IMG/VR virus record: IMGVR_UViG_3300045837_000032
Coordinates: 1 to 60,494 of that record
Length of the DNA: 60,494 bases
Source of the DNA: a virus
Taxonomy: Duplodnaviria > Caudoviricetes
Strand: one strand, 5' to 3'
Shown here: positions 40,194 to 50,101 of the stretch, piece after piece
How positions within the stretch are numbered: position 1 is the stretch's first letter
Layout: each line of letters starts with the position of its first letter
Program-made: the position numbers and the translations under genes
Notes under the pieces: generated by a model
The model's database searches: none
What the model was told of the DNA's origin: nothing
The model's input: only the letters and a program-made list of their open reading frames with translations

Positions 40194-40828
40194 GCCAACC
40201 GGCCACGCGGACCTACGAGGACTCCGCGCCCACCACGGGTATCGAACTGATCGCAGTGGCCCAGGGCATCCTGGCGGCCGTGGTGAACTACTTCACCGCC
40301 AACGGCGTACCACTGCCAGACCGGCAGTACATCGCGGCCGGCTCACCCCAGGTGATCGCCTGGGACTGTGAACAGCTCGTGGTGAGCCTGGCCGATATCG
40401 GCTGGGGCCGGAGTGTGGACGCCACCCAGTTGTCCCCCTCGTTCGGCAAGCAGGCCGGCATCAACGCCATGCGTCACGCCACGTTCGCCATCCAGCTTGT
40501 CCGGGCCACGCCCGTGGTGCAGGACGGCGCGGAGGCGCCCATCCTGCCCTCCGTTCAGGCCATGGCCGACGCCGGCCAGACCTTCCTGGTGGACGCCGGC
40601 CTGCTGTCCCAGGCGCTGGTCAACTTCGTGGCGTTCCCCAACGGCGTGCTGCCGATCGGGTGCAACGTCCAGGCGGGCGCCATCCAGCCGATCGGCCCGG
40701 AAGGTGGCCTGGTGGGACTGGAGGGATCGCTGGTGATGACGGCCGCGACCCTGGCCAGCGTGCCAGGGTCGGACGAACTGCCGCCCGGGTTCGGTATCCG
40801 CAACGGTTCACCCGGCGGGGGGCTGTGA
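40190..40828 (+). CDS. Tail terminator/completion-like protein
   Basis: AWDC.QL.V and GPEGG motifs; position in the tail operon. Confidence 0.65.
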   Translation: MSQPATRTYEDSAPTTGIELIAVAQGILAAVVNYFTANGVPLPDRQYIAAGSPQVIAWDCEQLVVSLADIGWGRSVDATQLSPSFGKQAGINAMRHATFAIQLVRATPVVQDGAEAPILPSVQAMADAGQTFLVDAGLLSQALVNFVAFPNGVLPIGCNVQAGAIQPIGPEGGLVGLEGSLVMTAATLASVPGSDELPPGFGIRNGSPGGGL

Positions 40829-41256
40829 TGGCGTCGGTTCAGGCGGTGGTGACCGGGCGCGTGGACGCGTCCCGGCTGACGTACTTCATCAACGATCTGC
40901 ACGGTCCGGTCCGGCGGGACCTGGCACGGCGGCAACTGAAAATGCGGGCCAGCATGATCAAGCGGTGCCCGCGCAAGACGGGGCTACTGGTCAGTACGAT
41001 CCGCAACGGGCCGGACGGCCGCACCGGCACTCGGCCCTACGTGGCGGTCACGGCCGGCCGCGACGGGGTGACCGACTACCTGGGATATCTGATCAAGGGC
41101 ACACGCACGCACGACGTGTATCCGATCCAGAACAGACCCAACGCCACCCTGCGGTTCATCTCCGGCGGGTTCGTCGTGTTCGCCAAGCACACCCAGCCAC
41201 GCGGCATCCGGGCCAACAACTTCATGATCGAGGCACTTCACGACGGGAGAGGGTGA
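40828..41256 (+). CDS. Neck protein (HK97 gp10-like)
   Basis: CPRKTGLL..TI, GTRTH, PRGIRANNFM..AL; basic protein. Confidence 0.7.
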   Translation: MASVQAVVTGRVDASRLTYFINDLHGPVRRDLARRQLKMRASMIKRCPRKTGLLVSTIRNGPDGRTGTRPYVAVTAGRDGVTDYLGYLIKGTRTHDVYPIQNRPNATLRFISGGFVVFAKHTQPRGIRANNFMIEALHDGRG

Positions 41257-41257
41257 C

Positions 41258-41746
41258 ATGGTCGCGGACGTGGTGGGCAAGGTCTACGACATTGACGAGG
41301 GTGACGACAGCCCCATCGTGCCATTCAACGTGGCGGTGCGGCGCCGTGGCGTGCGTGAGGTCCACTCGTTCCAGGCCCGGCCGGTGGCCGACGTGGGTTC
41401 CGCGCTGGCGTTCGCGGCCGGCGGCAACGAGGCGCACGCGGCCGTGAAGCTGTTGGCCCGGATGCTGGTGGACGATGACGGTGTCCCGTCGGCCTGGGCG
41501 TTCAACCCCCTGCCGGCCGACGCCGAATGCGCGTTCCCCAGCTTCGTGGCGCCCGACGGCGGCCGGCTACCGCTGGACCGCGCGGCGGAGTTCACCGACA
41601 TCAAGGCCGGATCGAGTCGGCGGCGGTGGAACTACCTCATGTACGAGGATGAGGACGTGGTGATCACCGCCCAGGTGCTGGTCCGCATCGTCCAGGACAT
41701 GGTGGAAGCGGCGGCCGGAAACCCTACGGCCGCGTCATCGTCCTAG
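41258..41746 (+). CDS. Tail assembly chaperone (short form)
   Basis: Upstream of the tape measure gene; slippery GGAAACCCT near the 3' end. Confidence 0.7.
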   Translation: MVADVVGKVYDIDEGDDSPIVPFNVAVRRRGVREVHSFQARPVADVGSALAFAAGGNEAHAAVKLLARMLVDDDGVPSAWAFNPLPADAECAFPSFVAPDGGRLPLDRAAEFTDIKAGSSRRRWNYLMYEDEDVVITAQVLVRIVQDMVEAAAGNPTAASSS

Positions 41747-42042
41747 CGGCGGTGGCGCGAAGCAGCCTGTACGGCCAGTACGTGCGCGGTCGGCTGGCCC
41801 TGGCCGGGCTGGACTCACGGACACCCGTAAGTACCTGGTGCGACGCGGTGTACGCCATCCTGGCCGACGCACCCCACGAGGTCCTGGAAAAGCTCCGGGA
41901 CCGCATGGTGGTGGCGGAGGCGACCGCCGACCCGGAGCGTGCCCGCGCAACGTGGGGCCTGCTACCGGATCACCAGGCCATGGCCGGCAACCTCGCTGAT
42001 GCGCCACCGCCGACCCAGGGGGAGGACGTAGTCCGGAGGTGA
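41258..42042 (+). CDS. Tail assembly chaperone long form via a -1 frameshift at 41717-41725
   Basis: The -1 frame is open from the slippery site through track ORF 41752..42042; A-AAC-CCT fits X-XXY-YYZ. Confidence 0.65.
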
Positions 42043-42046
42043 CCCC

Positions 42047-44635
42047 ATCGCCACGATCATCGGTGAGGCATCCATCCGGCTGATCGCGGAGGACTCCGGG
42101 CTGACGGCCCAGATCAACCGTGACCTGAACAACGCGTTCAAATCGGTCAATGTCACCAACGACCCGCTGGCGAAACTCCGCGCGGACGCCGTGTCCGCCC
42201 AGGAAGAACTGACGGCCGCGCGGGGGCTGGCCGCCCAGGCGGACGCGGACCTGACGGCGGCGGAAGCCAAGCTGGAGGCGGTCCGCGCCCGCGAGGTCCG
42301 GGACAGCCAGGAGTTGCCGGGCGCGGAGGAGGCGGTCCGCCGGGCACGCGAGGACGTGGCGGCGGCCACCAACCTGGTGACGGAGTCGGAGACCAAGCAC
42401 GCCAGTGCCGCCAAGAAGGTGTCTACCGCACTGGCCGACACGATCACCAAGACGGAGAAGGCCACCAAGGGCACCCAGAACAACAGGAAGCAGGCCGACA
42501 GCGCGGCCAAGTCGCTGGGGAACCTGGCCAGCCAGGCGGACCAGGTGTCCCGCTCGTTCGGCAACATGGTGACCCAGTTCGGCAACGCCGGCCCGGTGGC
42601 TGGCGCGGTACAGAGCAAGGTCGGCCTGATGGGCGCCGGGATCGTGGGAGCGATGGGGCCGGCGGCCGGGGCCATCCTGCTGGGTCCGGTGGCCGCGTTC
42701 GGCGCCCTGGGCGTGATCGCGGAGAAGTCGAACCCGAAGGTTCAGGCCGCGTTCACCGGCATGGCGAACGCGGCCAAGGGCACGCTGACCAAGGCGTTCC
42801 AGCCGATCGTGCCGGCCCTGGTGCAGATCGCCGGCCTGTTCCAGAAAACGATCTCCGGACTGGCTCCGGCGTTCCGTACGGCGGCCCAGGCCATCGGCCC
42901 GATGTTGACCATCTTGGCGCAGGGGTTCGCCGGATTCGCCCAGACGGTGGTTCCCGCGCTGGCCGGCCTGCTGACCAATCTGCAACCGGTCGTCCAGGCT
43001 CTGGCCAGCGGCCTGCAATCGATCGGCCACGGGCTGGTGGGCCTGTTCCAGAACCTGAACATCGGTTCCGCCGTGGAGGGGCTGAACCAGCTTTTCAACG
43101 CGGTGGGCAACATCCTGCCCACCGTCGGCAGTTTGATCTCCGCGCTGGCCCCGCTGGGTAACGCGATCTTGACGAACGTGCTGCCGCCGCTGGTGGACCT
43201 GATCAACCAACTGGTGGGCGCGCTGGCGCCCGTCATCCAGCAGATCGTCCCGATGGTCGCGCCGTTCGTTCAGGTGTTCGTCAACATCGCCCAGACCTTC
43301 CTGGCACTGGTCCAGGCGGTCGCGCCACTGATCCCCGCGTTCCTGTCCGTGGTCACGGCCATGCTGAACATGAACACCGTTCTGGAATCACTCCAGCCGC
43401 TGTTCCAGGAGGTGGCCAACGTCGCTCGCGCGATCATGCCGGGCCTAGCCCAACTCGCCTCACTGCTGGCCGGTGCGCTGTCCAAGGCGTTCGCCCAGGT
43501 GGTGACCGCGCTCCTACCGCTGGTGCCGATCCTGGGGCCGGTGCTCAACACGATCATTTCCAGCCTGGTCTCCGTGGTGCAGGCGCTGACCCCCAGCCTG
43601 TCCCTGCTGGCCGGCATGATCGCCCGGCTGTTGACTGCCGTGGCGCCCCTGCTGCCCCCGCTGGCCGACCTTGCGGGCGCGATCTTGACAACCTTGGCTC
43701 AGGTGCTGGTGGCCCTGCTGCCTGCCCTGAACCCGATCATCAGCGCGTTCGAGGCCGTGTTGCCCGCCGTGCTGCCGATCATCCCGCTGTTGACCCAGCT
43801 CATACAGTTGATCTCCGGCCTGGTCATCCCAGTGATCAATTCGCTGATTCCCGTGGTCACGGTCGTGTTCACGACCATAGCCAACGTGATCAAAGGTGCC
43901 CTCCAGGTGGTCCAGGGCATTATCCAGCTTGTCCTAGGGCTGATAACAGGCCACTGGTCGCAGGCCCTGAACGGTCTGAAAAACATCGCGCTGGGCATCT
44001 GGAACGCGATATCCAGTCTGTTCACGGGCGCGTTGCACGCCATCGTGGACGCGGTGGGTGCCGGGCTGTCCTCCATCGTGTCGTTCTTCGGCGGCCTGCT
44101 GGGCAAGATCCTGGGCGCCCTGGGTGACATCGGCTCGTGGCTGCTCAACGCCGGCAAGCAACTGATCCAGGGCCTGATCAACGGCATCGGTTCCATGGTC
44201 GGCAAGGCCCTGGACGCGGTGAAGCACATCGGATCGAGCATCCTGCACGGCATCGGCTCCGTGCTGGGCCTGGGAAGCCCGTCACGCATCACCCACCAGT
44301 ACGGCCGCTGGCTGGTTCAGGGCTTGGGAGACGGCATCCAGGCGGCCACCAAGCCGCTGCTGGAGCAGGTGGGCAGCGTGGCGGACCAGGTGGTGAAGTC
44401 CTTCCCGTCCACCCTTCCGGCGCCCACCCTCTCCACGCTGCCCAGCGCGACGGTGAACAGCCTCGTGGCACCGGTCACGGCCGGCGGTGGCGGGCCGGGC
44501 ACGCCGATGGACACCTACGCGGCCGTCAAGAAGGCCATCACCGACGGGATCACCGGCTGGAATGTCACCCTGTCCGGCAAGCAGGCGGCTACCGTGATCA
44601 ACCAGGTGAACAAGAAGGCGGCGGCCAACCGATGA
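42047..44635 (+). CDS. Tape measure protein (start probably ATC at 42047)
   Basis: Long Ala/Leu/Pro helical repeats; AGKQLIQGLINGI and LGLGSPSR motifs; N-terminus (M)ATIIGEASIRL after SD GGAGGT. Confidence 0.9.
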   Translation: MATIIGEASIRLIAEDSGLTAQINRDLNNAFKSVNVTNDPLAKLRADAVSAQEELTAARGLAAQADADLTAAEAKLEAVRAREVRDSQELPGAEEAVRRAREDVAAATNLVTESETKHASAAKKVSTALADTITKTEKATKGTQNNRKQADSAAKSLGNLASQADQVSRSFGNMVTQFGNAGPVAGAVQSKVGLMGAGIVGAMGPAAGAILLGPVAAFGALGVIAEKSNPKVQAAFTGMANAAKGTLTKAFQPIVPALVQIAGLFQKTISGLAPAFRTAAQAIGPMLTILAQGFAGFAQTVVPALAGLLTNLQPVVQALASGLQSIGHGLVGLFQNLNIGSAVEGLNQLFNAVGNILPTVGSLISALAPLGNAILTNVLPPLVDLINQLVGALAPVIQQIVPMVAPFVQVFVNIAQTFLALVQAVAPLIPAFLSVVTAMLNMNTVLESLQPLFQEVANVARAIMPGLAQLASLLAGALSKAFAQVVTALLPLVPILGPVLNTIISSLVSVVQALTPSLSLLAGMIARLLTAVAPLLPPLADLAGAILTTLAQVLVALLPALNPIISAFEAVLPAVLPIIPLLTQLIQLISGLVIPVINSLIPVVTVVFTTIANVIKGALQVVQGIIQLVLGLITGHWSQALNGLKNIALGIWNAISSLFTGALHAIVDAVGAGLSSIVSFFGGLLGKILGALGDIGSWLLNAGKQLIQGLINGIGSMVGKALDAVKHIGSSILHGIGSVLGLGSPSRITHQYGRWLVQGLGDGIQAATKPLLEQVGSVADQVVKSFPSTLPAPTLSTLPSATVNSLVAPVTAGGGGPGTPMDTYAAVKKAITDGITGWNVTLSGKQAATVINQVNKKAAANR

Positions 44636-45495
44636 GCACGACCCAGACCGGCCCCAGCGTCGTGTATATCGGCCCGCTGGGGCAGTTGATCGCCATCCAG
44701 GTGCCGCCGGAGGGCTACGACAACCCGGTCACGGAGCTGGGCGCACTCCACACCGGCCTGTCCGGCGCCCAGACGAAAGACGTGTTCGGATACAAGCGGA
44801 CGTTCACCATGCCGCTGGATGGCCTGGAGCCCCGGGCCTGGGCCTGGTTCGAAATGCTGTTCCGTCAGGCCGTGACCCCGCCGTACTACTGGCTGGACCC
44901 GCGTCGCCGGAACCGTCTCCGGGCATCGGTGTCCACCACGCTGTCCACCTACACCACGGCGACCGTGTTCACGCCCAGCAGCGGCACGGCGGTGGCCAGC
45001 GCCTCCAGCGCGCCGTTGCTGCCCTCCGGGAGCTACAGCACCCCGGCGCCCGATTTCGCGGTCACCTGGACGCCCACAGCGGCCGGGACGTTGCTGGGCG
45101 AGACGGCCCCGGTGCCGGTGATTCCCGGTGAACAGCTCTGCTTCTCCTGCTACGTCCTGGCCGGCTCACCGACGCTGGAGCTGGTGCCGTACAACTCCGC
45201 GCTGGTGGCTCAGCCGGTCCAGGCCGGCACCTCCGACGTGCCGGGCACGATCGACCGCAAGTACGTGATCTACGACGTGCCGGCGAACGGTTCGATCGTG
45301 GGTGTCCGGCCCCAGCTCCGCGCGGCGGCGGCCGGCACGTTCACCACCCTGGCCTGGCAGTTGTCCGACACCGCACTGCCGGAGCCCTGGGTGATGGGGG
45401 ACGGTGTGCCGAAATTCCTGGTGGATCAGATGCCCAGCCATGCGGAGTACCTGAACCGGTACACCAGCGGCTCGATCGTCTGCCCGGAGGTCTGA
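44632..45495 (+). CDS. Minor tail protein (distal tail-like)
   Basis: ATGA overlap with the tape measure stop; YIGPLG and LDP.RRN.L. Confidence 0.75.
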   Translation: MSTTQTGPSVVYIGPLGQLIAIQVPPEGYDNPVTELGALHTGLSGAQTKDVFGYKRTFTMPLDGLEPRAWAWFEMLFRQAVTPPYYWLDPRRRNRLRASVSTTLSTYTTATVFTPSSGTAVASASSAPLLPSGSYSTPAPDFAVTWTPTAAGTLLGETAPVPVIPGEQLCFSCYVLAGSPTLELVPYNSALVAQPVQAGTSDVPGTIDRKYVIYDVPANGSIVGVRPQLRAAAAGTFTTLAWQLSDTALPEPWVMGDGVPKFLVDQMPSHAEYLNRYTSGSIVCPEV

Positions 45496-48023
45496 TGCAA
45501 CTGGCCGGCAACGCTGCCCTGGCTGCCGCGCTGGCGCCGGGCCAGAAACGAAACTTCACCGTCTCGCTGAAATTCGACTGGGCGCGCAACGGCCTGTACG
45601 CGGACCCCAACTCCGACCTGTCCGGGCTGTTCGTCTCCGCCCAGGTGGACCGGCAGTTGGCCGGCCAGTTCCCGGACCAACTGGAGGTCACAGAGGGCTA
45701 CGTGGCGGCGGAGCTGGACATCGTCCTGGCCGGCTTGCTGCCCGCCGACGGCATCACGCCGGCCTGGAAAGCGTTCGGCCCCTACAGCGGGTCGTCCCTG
45801 TCCTCCATCAACTCGATCGGCACGCCGGTCACCCTGGATCTGATCGTGTCGACCTCGCTGGGACCGATCGCCATCCGGCAGTTCACCGGCTACCTCGCCG
45901 ACGCCCAGCCCGATCGGGCCAGCGGAGAGGTTTCGATCACCTGCTACGACGCGGCCACCGTTCTGGCCGCCCCGGTGACACTGCCGACCTGGGCGGCCGA
46001 CTACACCACGCGGACCCAGTTCCCCGGCAACCCGGATACGCCGGATTCCGGAACGGTCGCGCTGACCTGGGTCCTGGAGACGATCCTGCGCCGGAACGGG
46101 TACTACGTCGGGCCGGTGTGGCATCCCAACGTGGTGTGTGCCTGGACGCTGAACGGGTCTGCGCTGCCGGACATCGGCACGATCGCCATCGAAGATCGGT
46201 TCGTGAACGGCGTCTGGTCGTCGGGATACGGGGCCTACAACATCCCCCAGTTCACCCCGTCGGGCGCGGTGAGCGACGTGTACGGCACCGGCCAGTTCGG
46301 CGGGATGTGCTTCAAGGGAGCCACGAAGCTGCCCGCGCTGTCCGGCCGGGGGATCACCTACCTGTACGGCAACGCGCACGCGGCCAACAGCGGCGCGCTG
46401 TTCGGGGTGAACAGCTACGGGTCGGCCAACTCGAACCTGCTGGGGTTCGGCGCCTGGGTGCAGATCGACCCGACGCAGTCAGGCACCAGCTCCGCGACGA
46501 TCTATCTGGAGGAGGCCCATTTCAACTACTCCAGCGCCTCCACCACCGACCGGTTCCCCGCCTACATGATCGTCAATATCAACCAGGCCACGGGCGCCTA
46601 CGGTGCTCACGTCTACAACGAGGGCAACGGCACGTCCTGGACCTGGAACGGCCCGGCCAGCATGTCGGCCGGCTGGCACTACGTGAATTTCGTGGCCCAG
46701 TTCACCAGCGCCGGCATCACGGGCACGTTCATCGTGGACGGTGTCCAGACCCTCCAGAGCAACGGCGGCACGGCGGCGGCCGTCGGGGCGTTCACCTACT
46801 CCAACGATCTGACCAACACCAACCTGTGCCAGATCATCGCGCGGGGGCCGATGCAGTACGCCCAGGTCTACTACCAGGCCAACACGGCGCTGGCCGGCCA
46901 TGTGCAGCCCACCCGGACCCAGCCGAACCCGACGGCCGTCCTGGACCGCTCTATGACCAAGCTGACCTGGCTGCCGGACATCAACGCGGCCCCGTCCTGG
47001 GACACCCTGAAAGACGCCGTGGCGGCGGAGCTGGGCGCGCTGTACGTCACGGAGGCCGGCGTGGTCACGTTCGACTCACGGACCACGGTGACCGGCCGGC
47101 AACTCGCGGCCAACAGCGTGCTGACCTTGACCTTGGATCAGGTGGACAACATCTCGCCCCAGGCAACCCTGGCCAGTCTGGTCAACACCATGCCGTACTC
47201 CACCCAGAGCAAGCACGCGCTGAACCAGCAGGTGGCCTACGCGTCCGCCAGCTCCAGCCAGTACCAGGTGTCCGCGATCGTCGGCACGCTGTTCAAGAAC
47301 GTGCTCCAGTCCGGCGTCCAGTCCTACCGGCTGGGCGCCGTCTCCTGGCATCCCCAGGCGCAGGGGTACGGCAACCCGTCCAACCCGGGCGAGTTCGGCG
47401 GCGGCGGTCCGTCGGCCGGGTTCACCTACCGGGATTGGATGAACATCTACGGCCCGTCGTTCTGGTACGACGGGTTCACCGCGTACACGCCGGGTAGTTC
47501 GCCGGACCCGTCCACCCAGCCGACCGCCGGCACCGGCCTGAACTGCAACGTCCTGCTGCAATCGCCCGGCAATTTCCAGGACAGCCGGTACGCGACGCTC
47601 CAGTTGATCAACTCGAACAGTACGGGAACGCTGGAGTACGCGGTCAACGACTCGACCCCGTTCCTGCACATCGGCGGGTCCATCGTGATCGATGAGGGTA
47701 GCCAGTCCGCCAGCTATTCCGATGCGGCGTCGGTCGCGGCGCACGGCGTCCGGTCGCTGGACCTGGGTCAGTCGGACTGGCGCCAGGACCCCACCAGCGT
47801 CCAGGCCGTCGTGGTCTCCGTGGTGAACCAGACCAAGCAGCCCCAGCCCTACTTCCAATCGATCAACATCGTGGGTGATCCGCGCCTCCAGCTCCAGGAC
47901 GTGGTGACGATCACCGATCCCGGCGGCATGGGGTCCGCGATGTACGCCAGTGTGTTCGGGATCAAGCGGTCCATTGACCTGAAATCGGGCGTGACGGACC
48001 AGCTTGTGCTCCGCACGTTCTGA
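45495..48023 (+). CDS. Large minor tail protein (hub/receptor-binding, lectin-like beta region)
   Basis: FDWARNGLY N-terminus; GDPRLQL.DVV...DP C-terminus; Gly/Ser/Thr/Asn-rich. Confidence 0.8.
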   Translation: MQLAGNAALAAALAPGQKRNFTVSLKFDWARNGLYADPNSDLSGLFVSAQVDRQLAGQFPDQLEVTEGYVAAELDIVLAGLLPADGITPAWKAFGPYSGSSLSSINSIGTPVTLDLIVSTSLGPIAIRQFTGYLADAQPDRASGEVSITCYDAATVLAAPVTLPTWAADYTTRTQFPGNPDTPDSGTVALTWVLETILRRNGYYVGPVWHPNVVCAWTLNGSALPDIGTIAIEDRFVNGVWSSGYGAYNIPQFTPSGAVSDVYGTGQFGGMCFKGATKLPALSGRGITYLYGNAHAANSGALFGVNSYGSANSNLLGFGAWVQIDPTQSGTSSATIYLEEAHFNYSSASTTDRFPAYMIVNINQATGAYGAHVYNEGNGTSWTWNGPASMSAGWHYVNFVAQFTSAGITGTFIVDGVQTLQSNGGTAAAVGAFTYSNDLTNTNLCQIIARGPMQYAQVYYQANTALAGHVQPTRTQPNPTAVLDRSMTKLTWLPDINAAPSWDTLKDAVAAELGALYVTEAGVVTFDSRTTVTGRQLAANSVLTLTLDQVDNISPQATLASLVNTMPYSTQSKHALNQQVAYASASSSQYQVSAIVGTLFKNVLQSGVQSYRLGAVSWHPQAQGYGNPSNPGEFGGGGPSAGFTYRDWMNIYGPSFWYDGFTAYTPGSSPDPSTQPTAGTGLNCNVLLQSPGNFQDSRYATLQLINSNSTGTLEYAVNDSTPFLHIGGSIVIDEGSQSASYSDAASVAAHGVRSLDLGQSDWRQDPTSVQAVVVSVVNQTKQPQPYFQSINIVGDPRLQLQDVVTITDPGGMGSAMYASVFGIKRSIDLKSGVTDQLVLRTF

Positions 48024-48093
48024 CCGGGGTTACACTGGCGCTCGATCCGCGTACCGGGTCGCTGTGATCTCTCTCCATTGTCCGGCCGAACCC

Positions 48094-48495
48094 CTACCGC
48101 GATCCCCCAGGCGGTGGGGGTTCGCTCGTTGCGGGCAGCCACAGATATCCGTCCGTGTCCAGCAGCGTCCAGCGCTGCCCGAACAGCCACACCGGCACCA
48201 GCCGGGGCGAGTCGGCATCACGCACCAGGTAGCCGCGTGCGTAGGCCCAGGCCGGCGTGAGGTGAGCGGAGGGCCGGCGGAGGTTGTGGGCCGCGTGCGT
48301 GAGGGCCAGCACGTTGGCCAGGGTGTGTGTGTCGGACCGGTTCGTGCCGCCCATACCCTTGCGCCTGCGGTGATGCAGCGCCCAGTCACCGTCAGGGCCG
48401 CCCGGCAGGATCGTTCCGGTGATCTCGCACCGGCCGTTGGACCGCTGGTAGGCAGCGTGGCGGAGTGCTGTCAGGTCCGCGCGGATCGAGGTCAC
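48094..48495 (-). CDS. HNH-like endonuclease
   Basis: RSNGRCE, HHRRRKGMGG, NVLALTHAAHN, AYARGYLV; leaderless GTG 6 nt after a minus-strand TACAAT. Confidence 0.7.
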   Translation of the reverse strand: MTSIRADLTALRHAAYQRSNGRCEITGTILPGGPDGDWALHHRRRKGMGGTNRSDTHTLANVLALTHAAHNLRRPSAHLTPAWAYARGYLVRDADSPRLVPVWLFGQRWTLLDTDGYLWLPATSEPPPPGGSR

Positions 48496-48501
48496 CCGAC
48501 G

Positions 48502-48531
48502 ATTGTAACCCCCGTCTCGCTCGGGTAGCAT
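48502..48531. promoter_or_regulatory. Conserved promoter/operator, copy 11, bidirectional
   Basis: Plus strand: TTGTAA-17 nt-TAGCAT with ATG at 48539. Minus strand: TACAAT with GTG at 48495. Confidence 0.75.
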
Positions 48532-48538
48532 CATGGCC

Positions 48539-48964
48539 ATGAGCAAGACGACCCGGGCGGAGCTGACCAGGCTCGCCAAGATGTATACAGAACGGGCCAG
48601 GCCAGTTTTGAACGGCGCCGGGCCGGAGATCGAGGACCCCAGCTCCACGGAGATGGAGGTCCGCATCCGGACTGACCTGTATGACCAGGTGCTGACCATG
48701 GCCCGTGAAAACAACCAGACCCTGGCGGCCGTGGCGCGGGCCGTGTTGTTCCGTGCGGCGGCCAGGGCCAAGCCCAACCCGGAGCTGGCCGCCCGGCCAC
48801 GCCCGGAACTCCGGCCCTACAACCAGGACCGGCGTCGGTTGCGTGTCGCCGTGCCCACCGTGGCGTACGACGCGGCGGCCGACGCCATCCGCGAGTCCGG
48901 CCAGTCCATGACACGACTGGTGGAGGACGGCCTACGGGACTACGTCCGGCTGGGCCGGCTGTAG
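48539..48964 (+). CDS. Tandem ribbon-helix-helix DNA-binding protein
   Basis: Two strand-helix-helix units: MEVRIRTDLYDQVLTMARENNQTLAAVARAVL and LRVAVPTVAYDAAADAIRESGQSMTRLVEDGL. Confidence 0.65.
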   Translation: MSKTTRAELTRLAKMYTERARPVLNGAGPEIEDPSSTEMEVRIRTDLYDQVLTMARENNQTLAAVARAVLFRAAARAKPNPELAARPRPELRPYNQDRRRLRVAVPTVAYDAAADAIRESGQSMTRLVEDGLRDYVRLGRL

Positions 48965-48988
48965 CTGACAAGGAGAGAGGTCACAGCA

Positions 48989-50101
48989 ATGCCGAACACC
49001 CAGGACGAACCGATCCAGCGGCCGGCCGCCGTGCCGGCCATCTGGTCATCCATCATCGCGGTGATGGATGAGGTCACCAACGTGCCCAAAACGGGCGAGA
49101 TGAAGAACCGCAAGGGGGAAACCCAGTACCACTTCGTGCCGTCGTCGGAACTCCGGGCGCGCATCGGCCGGTCCTTCCGCAACCACGCCCTGATGCTCCA
49201 GTCCCGGGACATCACCGCGTCGTTCGAGGCCAAGCCGGTGTCCGGGGCGAACGGGTCCACCGTGTGGACCACCGCCCAGGTGACGCTGACCTACGTGTTC
49301 ACCAGCCTGGTGGACGGGTCCACGGTGGAGTTCGAGGCCGCTGGGGAAGGCCGCGACTCCTCCGACAAGGCGACCGCCAAGGCCATGACCATGGCCTTGA
49401 AGTCGGCCCTGTCCCAGGCGTTCATGCTGGCCACCGATGACGAGGACCCGGACGCCACGCGGCCGGAGGTGGTCCAGGAGGACCGTTACGCTCCCCCGCC
49501 ACCGGACAACCGCACCGATGCCCAACGGGCCGCCCAGGAGGCGTACGAGCGGCGCAAGGCGCAACTGGCGCAGGACACCCGACCGGAGCAGGCCACGCGC
49601 CTGACGACCCGCCAGCCCAGCGAGACCGACGAACAATACCTGGCCCGCCTGCGCGCGGAGCAGGCGCCCCAGGAGGACTACAACGCGGCCGTACGGCAGG
49701 CCAACCAGAACGGCCGGCCGGCACAGGTGCACCCCGCCCGGCCGACCCAGGCCGCCGAACCGGCCGGCGACCCGATGGCGGACGCGGAGCGGATGCTGAC
49801 CGACCGCCTGGGCGCGCGGCCCGTGGACGAGATCGGCCAGAAGCTGGTCACGGCCATCAGCGAGGCGACGCGCACGCGCATGGCCGGCGGCAAGCTGACC
49901 CCGAAGGACACGCAGCAGCGCCAGCGCGCGGGAGCGGCCGTCACGGCGGCGGTGAACGCCACGGACCTGGCGAAGCTGGACCGGATCATCCTCCAGGCGG
50001 AGGCGGAGGGCCTTCTCCAGCTCGTGATCGATGAGGACAAGATGGTGGCCGCGATGTTGAAGGCCATGCGGGACAGCCGGCTGGCCGGTGCATCGACATG
50101 A
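48989..50101 (+). CDS. ERF family single-strand annealing protein
   Basis: VPKTG, YHF, GEGRDSSDKATAKAMTMALK.AL...F...T.DEDPD. Confidence 0.85.
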   Translation: MPNTQDEPIQRPAAVPAIWSSIIAVMDEVTNVPKTGEMKNRKGETQYHFVPSSELRARIGRSFRNHALMLQSRDITASFEAKPVSGANGSTVWTTAQVTLTYVFTSLVDGSTVEFEAAGEGRDSSDKATAKAMTMALKSALSQAFMLATDDEDPDATRPEVVQEDRYAPPPPDNRTDAQRAAQEAYERRKAQLAQDTRPEQATRLTTRQPSETDEQYLARLRAEQAPQEDYNAAVRQANQNGRPAQVHPARPTQAAEPAGDPMADAERMLTDRLGARPVDEIGQKLVTAISEATRTRMAGGKLTPKDTQQRQRAGAAVTAAVNATDLAKLDRIILQAEAEGLLQLVIDEDKMVAAMLKAMRDSRLAGAST

